A model generated the notes under the pieces. That model saw only the letters and a list, made by a program, of their open reading frames with translations, was not told the origin of the DNA and did not search any database. From positions 3,931 to 67,930 of the IMG/VR virus record IMGVR_UViG_3300026549_000079: a stretch of DNA of 64,000 nucleotides; one strand, written 5' to 3'. Within the stretch, counting starts at the first letter, position 1. Each line of letters begins with the position of its first letter. The position numbers and the translations under genes were made by a program. Shown piece after piece: positions 56,674 through 64,000 of the stretch. The DNA is from a virus (lineage: Duplodnaviria; Caudoviricetes).

Positions 56674-58332
56674 ATGAGTAGGAAGAAAATAGATTTTAAG
56701 GAAAGAGCCATTGCCGTCCACGGGAATAAGTATGATTACAGCCAGTCTGTATATTCTGGCATGCATAAGAAATTAACGATAGTGTGCCCTATTCACGGTA
56801 AATTTGAGCAAGAGGCACATAGCCATCTCAAAGGACAGGGGTGTCCTAAGTGTGGGCTTGAATCGAGGTCACGTAAAAGAAGTGACACAAAGGAAACGTT
56901 CATTGAAAAGGCAAGGAAAGTGCATGGTGACAAATATGATTATTCAAAGGTTGAGTATATTGGAAGTCAGGATAAGGTCAGTATTATATGTCCAGAACAT
57001 GGAGAGTTCTTGATAAAACCGTATCTTCATATCCAGGGACACGGGTGTTCGAAATGTTGGGAGCAAAGAAGGAAGTTTAACAGACTTAAGACAACCGATG
57101 AATTTGTAGAAAAGGCAAAGGAGATACATGAGGGGAAATATGATTACTCAAAGGTTGAGTATGTCAACAATTCGACCAAGGTGTGTATTATTTGTCCAAA
57201 GCACGGTGAGTTCTGGCAGACACCAGATTCTCATTTGTGTGGGCGTGGGTGCCCTAAATGTGGAATAGAAAAAACCCATATTCTGATGAGTAATAATGAA
57301 TTCATTGAAAAGGCTAGGAAGGTTCATGGCGATAAATATGACTATTCAAACGTAGAGTATAACGGACCATTTGATAACGTCAGGATTATATGCCCGAAAC
57401 ACGGGGAGTTCTTACAGAAACCAGCTATACATCTAACTGGTTGCGGCTGTCAGAAATGCGGAGTTACGGAATCAAAATGGGAAAATGAAGTGTATGATTT
57501 TGTACATTCATTGTGTGTTGATGCGGTGAATAATGATAGGAGCGTGTTAAATGGAAAGGAGATAGACGTATTTGTACCTTCAAAGTCGATTGGTTTTGAA
57601 TGTGACGGACTCAGGTGGCACAATGAGTTGCACAAGGACAAGAACTACCATCTTGATAAGACGAAATTGTGTAAGGAAAATGGGATAAGATTGATACACA
57701 TATTCGAGGATGAGTGGGATGAGAAGAAGGATATTGTTAAGAGTAGGATTAGGAACCTGCTTGGTATGACAGAAAGGACTATTTATGCGAGAAAGTGTAT
57801 AATAAGGGAGGTCCCTGGTACCGAAGCCTTAAGTTTCATGAATGAGAATCACCTTCAAGGAAAGGTTCCGTCTAAATATTATTACGGGTTGTATAATGGT
57901 GATGAATTGGTATCGTTGATGTCATTTGGACTTAAGAGGAAAAACCTTGGCAGCGCTGTGAAGGAAGGTGAGTTTGAGCTTATTAGGTTCTGTAACAGGA
58001 AGGACACGAACGTCATCGGTGGGGCAAGCAAACTATTGAAATATTTCCTTAAAAATGAAAACCCTCGTGAGATAATATCATATTGTGATTTAAGGTGGAG
58101 CGAAGGCTCATTATATGAAAAACTCGGCTTCACGCTTGACCATGTGTCACAGCCCAATTATTTCTACGTTGTCGGTAATAGAAGGAAAAATAGGTTTAAC
58201 TTCAGGAAGGATAGACTTATTAGTGAGGGATACGATGCAAGTATGACTGAACATGAGATAATGCTTAGCAGGAAAATATATAGAATCTATGACTGTGGAA
58301 ATTTCGTCTATAAGCTGAAAAATATACAATGA
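56674..58332 (+). mobile_element. Free-standing homing endonuclease-like gene, paralog of 54246..55901
   Basis: Same 4 Zn-finger repeats; EIDVFVPSKSIGFECDGLRWH; IYARKC; ELIRFC; IYDCG. Confidence 0.8.
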
Positions 58333-58363
58333 TTGGATATTTATTTAGAAAAAGAAAGTTTAT

Positions 58364-59125
58364 ATGATTAGTAACGATAGATTAAGCAAGATACTCAGGG
58401 AATCAATAGACAGGTTGCTGACCGAGTCGATTCCTTCTGAAAGGTTATCCGATTTTTTCTCACAACATGGTGGCGTGAACAGACAATATCCACAAGACGG
58501 ACTCGGTGATGTGACTGATGACCAGATTGTCAGCATGTATACATATGACACAATACGTGATGCTGAGAACTTAGCCTGGAAAATGAGGAGGAACCCCAAA
58601 TACCGTGAATTCTTCCCATGTGTATATACCGCAAATGATGGCACGTCAGTTGTTACGTTGTTTGATAGAAATAAGGTTAAGACTGGGCGTAATTGGGGAG
58701 GTGAACACTTTAAGAAACTGAGTGACAGGATTTGGCGTGACGAACATGACCCCTATGCAAAGAACCAGAAGAATGATGTCTACTATTATGGTGGCGGTGA
58801 GCACGTTCCTACGAATGATTTCGGACTCAGGACAAATATGAATTATAAGGGAAGGCTGGATGATATTGAGAATACCAGGGAAAGATACAAGGATTATTAT
58901 ACACCGAAAGCACCACGAGATGACAGGGGTAAATTTGAGAGGTTCTTTGGGTTGAACAAACCTAAGAGTCCTACCAGGGATGAAATAGAGGCTGGAAGAA
59001 AAAAGGGAGAAGAAGAGTTCAATACCTTAAGGAAGAATGCCGAGAAAGACAGGAAAGACTACCTGAACAGACACTATAAGTGGCATAGAAGGGACTTTAT
59101 AAAGGATAAACCGAGGGAATGGTAG
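58364..59125 (+). CDS. Basic hypothetical protein with processing-like leader
   Basis: RLSKILRESIDRLLTES; K/R-rich C-terminus. Confidence 0.6.
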   Translation: MISNDRLSKILRESIDRLLTESIPSERLSDFFSQHGGVNRQYPQDGLGDVTDDQIVSMYTYDTIRDAENLAWKMRRNPKYREFFPCVYTANDGTSVVTLFDRNKVKTGRNWGGEHFKKLSDRIWRDEHDPYAKNQKNDVYYYGGGEHVPTNDFGLRTNMNYKGRLDDIENTRERYKDYYTPKAPRDDRGKFERFFGLNKPKSPTRDEIEAGRKKGEEEFNTLRKNAEKDRKDYLNRHYKWHRRDFIKDKPREW

Positions 59126-59134
59126 AAATAATAT

Positions 59135-59166
59135 TGGGTGAACCGATTGGAGGTTCACCCATTTTT
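59135..59166 (+). terminator. Intrinsic terminator
   Basis: TGGGTGAACC-GATTGGA-GGTTCACCCA-TTTTT. Confidence 0.85.
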
Positions 59167-59174
59167 GTCTCTCT

Positions 59175-59320
59175 TAATATAATATATAATTAATATATAA
59201 TATTATATATAATAATATAAATTATATAGTTATAGATAGTAGTACCTTATATGTATAGAGATATATAATAAATAAAAATATATATCAATATATTGATTTT
59301 TATTTATATTTTTTTATCTT
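59175..59320. other. Extremely AT-rich low-complexity intergenic tract
   Basis: About 145 bp of TAATATA/TATATA iterations; palindrome ATCAATATATTGAT. Confidence 0.7.
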
Positions 59321-59329
59321 TTAAAGAAA

Positions 59330-60148
59330 ATGGCACACAACAGGAAGATAAGGCTTACTGAAGAACAGGTTCTGGACGTGATAGACGGGTTGATTGAAAA
59401 CCTTACTGGAAGTAAGGACAGAATTCTCTCAACTGATGTATTCAGGACTGCTTTATCCAATGCAGTCATTACAGAGGGCCTTATAAAGACATACTCGTAC
59501 AGCGATACGAGGAAGGTGCTTCTTAACAACGACATACTTAAGTATGGAATTAAGATTTCTCCAATGTATTTCTTTAAGCAGACCAATTCTTCAGGTGATA
59601 AACCGATACAGATTTATCTTAATTTCACCAAAGGTCTGGAAAGCATAAGTGAGGAATATTTCAACGGGGTGATTAAGTTAATGGATATATGCGGTTGGTA
59701 TTTCGCAGGTACACTGGGACACGGTAATGAGCTTGGGTATGATAGACTGCTTAGACTTGGCTCACCGTTCACTTGTGTCTTTGAACCTAAGTTTGATGTT
59801 CTTCTTTCCAATGATGACATCCCTAATGAATTGTATCATGTTACACCAAAGAGGCTTGTTGAGAAGATACTTAAAAAAGGAATCGTACCGAAGAGTGGTA
59901 ATATGTTCACGAATCATCCAGAGAGGGTTTATTTATTCATGCAAGGCCCTTCTGATATGATTGATGAAATAGCGCATACATTTAACCTGGGAAAGGATAT
60001 TGATGAGGAATACGTTGTGATTGAGGTTGAATATGATAAGATAAGAAACGGTAACAGGTTTTACATAGACCCGAATTCCAACTATATAAACGCTTGTTTT
60101 ACATTGGAACCGATACCTCCGTTTGCTTTGAGAATAAAAGAAGGATAA
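59330..60148 (+). CDS. ART-fold (Tpt1/KptA- or PARP-like) NAD+-utilising protein with processing-like leader
   Basis: LYHVTP.....ILKKGIVP......HPERVYLF...YVVIEV...FYIDPN...FTLEPIPP; leader IRLTEEQ..LIEN..ITEGLIK. Confidence 0.6.
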   Translation: MAHNRKIRLTEEQVLDVIDGLIENLTGSKDRILSTDVFRTALSNAVITEGLIKTYSYSDTRKVLLNNDILKYGIKISPMYFFKQTNSSGDKPIQIYLNFTKGLESISEEYFNGVIKLMDICGWYFAGTLGHGNELGYDRLLRLGSPFTCVFEPKFDVLLSNDDIPNELYHVTPKRLVEKILKKGIVPKSGNMFTNHPERVYLFMQGPSDMIDEIAHTFNLGKDIDEEYVVIEVEYDKIRNGNRFYIDPNSNYINACFTLEPIPPFALRIKEG

Positions 60149-60165
60149 AAGAACTACTATATTTT

Positions 60166-61746
60166 ATGAAAGTTGCATTATGTTGTATTGGTAGGATGGA
60201 AAACCTATACATCAAAGAATATGTTGAATATTATCAAAAATTGGGGTTTGATAAAATTTTCATATATGATAATAATCATGATGGAGAAGATAGGTTTGAA
60301 GACGTAATTGGAGATTATATCAATGCTGGTTTTGTTGATATTGTTGATTTCAGAAATAAGACGGTTTGCCAGCTTGTAGCATATCAAGATTGTTATGATA
60401 AGCATGGTGATGAGTATGATTGGATTTGTTTCTTTGATTGTGATGAATTTTTAACTTTTAAGGATGAAAATGAAAATGTTAAATCATTTTTATCTCAGGA
60501 TAAGTTCAACGGTTTTGACATAATTCATGTGAATTGGATGTGCTATGGTGATAATGACCTTGTTTATTACGATAACAGACCTCTTACAGAAAGATTTACA
60601 AAACCAGTTGAGCCGTTGTATTTTAAGCATGGGTATGACTTTCCTGAGAATAACCACATAAAATCTATCGTTAGAGGTGGGCTTGACGGAATAAGATGGA
60701 CAGCAACGCCTCATACCCCTAATAATGTTTTAAGGTGCTGTAATGGGTGTGGCAATGAATGTAATTCCAAATCGCCGTTTAATGATTATGATTTTTCTTG
60801 TGTGTGGCTGAGACACTATCAAATGAAGACCATACAAGAATGGATTCAAATAAAAAAGGTTCGTGGGGTTGGTGACAGAACTTATGATACTTTCATTAAG
60901 ACATACAAACTTGAATCGTTTTTTAAGCATAATAAAAAGACAAAGGAAAAGGAAAGGTTTATTCAATCGTTTTCAGAAACTGGTAAAAATGTTGATAATC
61001 TTGATATTTTTATATGCACCCATAAGGATTTTAAGCAGGTTGTAACAAACCCTTGTTTTAAAGTGATAAACACAAAGTTTATTAATCCAAAAGATTTTGG
61101 ACTATCATATGGGGATGATTTTTATTCCGAATTAATAAATTTTTATTGGGTGGTAAAAAACTATCACATTAAAGATTATATTGGTTTCTGTCATTACAGG
61201 AGGTATTTTAGTTTTATGGATGATATTCCAGACATGAATGAAATATTCAAAGATTATGATGCAATACTACCATATCCGATAAAGTTAGGTTGTACAATAA
61301 AACAACACTATGGAATTTGTCATAACATTGAGGATTTAGAAATAATTCAAGAAATAATCAACAAATGGTTTCCAAATTACGCAAATGCGGCAAATATTGT
61401 ACTTAATAATTCTTATCTTTTCACCAATAACATGTTTATTATGAAAAAAGAAGATTTCTTGGAGTTCTTTGCGTTTTATGAAAACGTTATTGATAGATAC
61501 TTAAAGTATATAGGAGGTGATATTGATAAGAGAATAGAAGAAAACAAAGATAAATATCTCAAGAATTTCCAAAACAGTCCTCAAAATGGTGAAGTGTGGT
61601 ATCAGAAAAGAATTGGTGGATTTCTTTCGGAGAGGCTTCTTACGATTTTTTGCATTAAGAAGTTTAAGAAAATTAAATTTTACAAAATAGAATTAACAGA
61701 TAAAAAATATAACGTAGATAAAGTTGATAGTAAATATGAAGGATAA
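60166..61746 (+). CDS. Fusion of a GT2/GT92-like glycosyltransferase and a DUF4422-like domain
   Basis: N-terminal ENLYIKEYVEYY..LGFDKIFIYDNN...WICFFDCDEFL; C-terminal DIFICTHK...DYIGFCHYRRYF...GGFLSERL; start reassigned to MKVALC. Confidence 0.8.
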   Translation: MKVALCCIGRMENLYIKEYVEYYQKLGFDKIFIYDNNHDGEDRFEDVIGDYINAGFVDIVDFRNKTVCQLVAYQDCYDKHGDEYDWICFFDCDEFLTFKDENENVKSFLSQDKFNGFDIIHVNWMCYGDNDLVYYDNRPLTERFTKPVEPLYFKHGYDFPENNHIKSIVRGGLDGIRWTATPHTPNNVLRCCNGCGNECNSKSPFNDYDFSCVWLRHYQMKTIQEWIQIKKVRGVGDRTYDTFIKTYKLESFFKHNKKTKEKERFIQSFSETGKNVDNLDIFICTHKDFKQVVTNPCFKVINTKFINPKDFGLSYGDDFYSELINFYWVVKNYHIKDYIGFCHYRRYFSFMDDIPDMNEIFKDYDAILPYPIKLGCTIKQHYGICHNIEDLEIIQEIINKWFPNYANAANIVLNNSYLFTNNMFIMKKEDFLEFFAFYENVIDRYLKYIGGDIDKRIEENKDKYLKNFQNSPQNGEVWYQKRIGGFLSERLLTIFCIKKFKKIKFYKIELTDKKYNVDKVDSKYEG

Positions 61747-62740
61747 ATATATATTAATAACTGGTGTTGCTGGCTTATTGGGAGCCAATTTTGCAGATTG
61801 GGTAATTGAGAATAAACCAGAATATGGTGTAATTGGCGTTGATAATTTATTCGGAGGGTATATTGAAAACATCAACAAGGAAGTAATCTTCTATCAAAGG
61901 GATATTGCTGAGGAAAAACTTAATGATATTTTCGAAAAATATAATATTGAGTATGTGTTTCATTTTGCAGCATATGCAGCTGAAGGTTTATCTCCTTTTG
62001 TGAGAATGTTCAATTGGAGGAATAATTCAGTATCAACAGCAAATGTCATTAACTGCTGTGTCGAATATGATGTAAAGAGGCTTGTTTATACATCTTCAAT
62101 GTCAGTATATGGTCATGGTTCAATGAATGGTACTAGATTTGATGAGAATGACGTACCTTGTCCAATTGACCCTTATGGCATTTCAAAGTATGCTTGTGAG
62201 ATGGACATTAAGGTGGCTGGTGAACAACACGGACTTGATTGGTGTATTATCCGTCCCCATAACATCTACGGAATTAAACAGAATATATGGGATAAATATA
62301 GGAATGTTTTAGGTATTTGGATGTATCAGATTTTGCATAATGAGCCAATTTTAATTTATGGCGATGGAGAACAATCAAGAGCCTTTACTTACATTAACGA
62401 TAATCTTGAACCGATATGGAATGCAGCAACGAGGAAGGAAGCCTCAATGGAAATTATCAACCTAGGCGGCATAGTCCCATATACCATTAATGAGGCGGCA
62501 AAGATATTGATTGATATTACAAACTACAACAAGATTGAGCATAAAGAACCTAGGCATGAAGTTAAATATGCGGTTCCAACTTATCAAAAATCCATTGACA
62601 TATTGGGATTCAGACATATGACAGATTTAAAGGAAGGACTTCAAGATATGTGGGGTTGGGCAAAGATACAACCGCACAGAAAACAATATAAGTGGAATAA
62701 CTACGAGATAAATAAGGGGTTATATTCATATTGGAAATAA
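61736..62740 (+). CDS. NAD-dependent epimerase/dehydratase (extended SDR, GalE-like)
   Basis: LITGVAGLLG, VDNL.GG, FHFAAY, YTSSMSVYG, PYGISK (YxxxK), RPHNIYG and IYGDGEQSRAFTY motifs. Confidence 0.92.
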   Translation: MKDKYILITGVAGLLGANFADWVIENKPEYGVIGVDNLFGGYIENINKEVIFYQRDIAEEKLNDIFEKYNIEYVFHFAAYAAEGLSPFVRMFNWRNNSVSTANVINCCVEYDVKRLVYTSSMSVYGHGSMNGTRFDENDVPCPIDPYGISKYACEMDIKVAGEQHGLDWCIIRPHNIYGIKQNIWDKYRNVLGIWMYQILHNEPILIYGDGEQSRAFTYINDNLEPIWNAATRKEASMEIINLGGIVPYTINEAAKILIDITNYNKIEHKEPRHEVKYAVPTYQKSIDILGFRHMTDLKEGLQDMWGWAKIQPHRKQYKWNNYEINKGLYSYWK

Positions 62741-62765
62741 TTTAAACAGAAAATAGATTGATGTT

Positions 62766-63293
62766 ATGAAAGAGTTTATAAATATGAAATTAAAGATGTT
62801 GCCCTTTTGGTGTTTACAAGAAACGGATTATGTTAAGAAAAATACAAATAAGGATGTATTGGAAACAATCTACAAAAGATGGGAAATGCTTGAATTTACA
62901 AAAGGGATGGAAGATGGGGACAATGAAATCTGTGCAATTGCGTTTGAGCAGATGGCTGTACTTATGTTGAGGCTTAAATATGGATTTTATGATAAGATAC
63001 TTGAAACCATTATTTTTCCAGTAATAAGGAAAGTAATAAGTGATGTTGGTGGTGAGAAATACTCCACGAAAAAGTGTCTTGATGCCATTTGTGAACAGCC
63101 GTTCTCCAAATTACATGATAAGATAGTACTTTCAGAGCGTTATACAGAGAATCTTGACGCCGAGGCTGAGCTTTGCTCAATAATGGCAACTGCGTTGTGT
63201 ATGGTTATGCTTGGGGAGATTGAACCGAAGGATTATTATTCGGCTGTTGAAAAGGGCGTAAATGGGTTTATAAATAATTTGGGAAATGAATAA
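62766..63293 (+). CDS. Hypothetical protein resembling the N-terminal part of a gp23-type major capsid protein
   Basis: KRWEMLEFTKGM....EICAIAFEQMA..ML followed by LETIIFPVIRKVIS; recognised by eye only. Confidence 0.4.
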   Translation: MKEFINMKLKMLPFWCLQETDYVKKNTNKDVLETIYKRWEMLEFTKGMEDGDNEICAIAFEQMAVLMLRLKYGFYDKILETIIFPVIRKVISDVGGEKYSTKKCLDAICEQPFSKLHDKIVLSERYTENLDAEAELCSIMATALCMVMLGEIEPKDYYSAVEKGVNGFINNLGNE

Positions 63294-63304
63294 ATTTTGA
63301 TGTT

Positions 63305-64000
63305 ATGAGCGAATTTTACTTTGATGGGGGTTACATTGAAAATCTTGAACGTGAGCTTAAACTCAGCAAGATTGAGCTTGAAATGTTGAATAAGACATAT
63401 GAAGAGAGTCTTGAAAAGGGTTCATATTTGGATGTCAGGGAAATAAGAGATGAATGCATTGAGAAATCAAAGCATATTTACGAAGTACAGGAAAAGATAC
63501 AGAAGTATTATCAGAGTCTTAAAGAACTGAACGAGTCGAAGAGTTATGAATTAAAAGATAGTGACAGTGTTAGTGTTACCAATTATCCGCAATACAATGA
63601 TAATGTAACATGTACAGAAGATAATAAGACTGATTTTGATATTGTGCTGGATGAGTTGCAGAATAATCTTGAAAGGTGTACCAGAAATAACAGGTTTCTT
63701 GTACACGCATTAGATATTCCAAGCGATATGGTACGTAGTATTGAAATATTTGACAACCAACTTATCTTACAAACATATAATTTTCTTAATGACAATTGCA
63801 TCCCGATTTTCATTGAACTTGAAAATATTAGGAAGAATGAGCAGAAATTTGACGTTACGGTGGAACACCTCAATTCTTTTGGCGATGTTATGTATAAGGA
63901 AATCTATAGGGATTGTGTGATTAACAACGCGATTGCAAGGTCTCCAATGGATTATGGTTCGGATGACTTTACGAAGAATACTATTTATATTTCATATAAG
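63305..64000 (+). CDS. Coiled-coil + tail-tube-like domain protein, partial (runs off right edge)
   Basis: Manual translation, 232 open codons from MSEFYFDGG. C-terminal RNNRFLV and FDVTVEHLNSFGDVMYKEIYRDCVI...MDYGSDD align with the tube's RKNRWLL and RDVELEMLDPTGVVVSKWILKNAFI...LNYSQDD. Confidence 0.6.
   Translation, partial: MSEFYFDGGYIENLERELKLSKIELEMLNKTYEESLEKGSYLDVREIRDECIEKSKHIYEVQEKIQKYYQSLKELNESKSYELKDSDSVSVTNYPQYNDNVTCTEDNKTDFDIVLDELQNNLERCTRNNRFLVHALDIPSDMVRSIEIFDNQLILQTYNFLNDNCIPIFIELENIRKNEQKFDVTVEHLNSFGDVMYKEIYRDCVINNAIARSPMDYGSDDFTKNTIYISYK

Noticed and set aside
700-63900. Many short ORFs from the track that are antisense or nested within long genes (e.g. 707..928, 14146..14454, 41605..42012, 53853..54134)
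   Set aside because: They are shadows of the real genes, with biased hydrophobic composition, no motifs and no expression signals.
1-64000. TAG-to-Gln recoding (code 15) as in Lak megaphages
   Set aside because: Long genes (polymerase, sheath) are uninterrupted in code 11. The TAG ending 11237..13021 falls at essentially the same position as the TAA ending its paralog, so TAG is a true stop.

Overview
This is a 64 kb AT-rich segment of a jumbo/mega myophage with a T4-like tail sheath, tail tube and family B DNA polymerase. It very probably infects a Bacteroidota (Prevotella/Bacteroides-type) host, because eight near-canonical Bacteroidota sigma-A promoters (TTTG-N20/21-TAnnTTTG) sit in front of early genes. 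The code is standard code 11 (TAG acts as a real stop). Layout: (i) 0-9 kb, minus strand: glycosyltransferases, an IMPDH/GMP reductase, HD-like and WYL proteins, and putative virion proteins. (ii) 9-19 kb, plus strand: fibre/adhesin block with a 26-aa LRR protein, a Fib_succ_major fibre, and a fibre whose lectin-like tip is cut off by one in-frame TAA. (iii) 19-38.7 kb, minus strand: densely packed small early genes built from repeated paralog families. This block also holds a tRNA-like element, split IS607-like remnants and a radical SAM + two FETNSSSTHS operon. (iv) DNA polymerase B. (v) 42-64 kb, plus strand: putative head-packaged effectors (Nudix, two ADP-ribosyltransferase-like), a tail completion protein, a second LRR gene with a G11 tract, sheath and tube genes interleaved with two Zn-finger homing endonucleases, glycan enzymes, and two apparent paralogs of capsid and tube fragments. 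No CRISPR array, rRNA, reverse transcriptase or intein was seen. All family assignments come from motif recognition by eye and need HMM confirmation.
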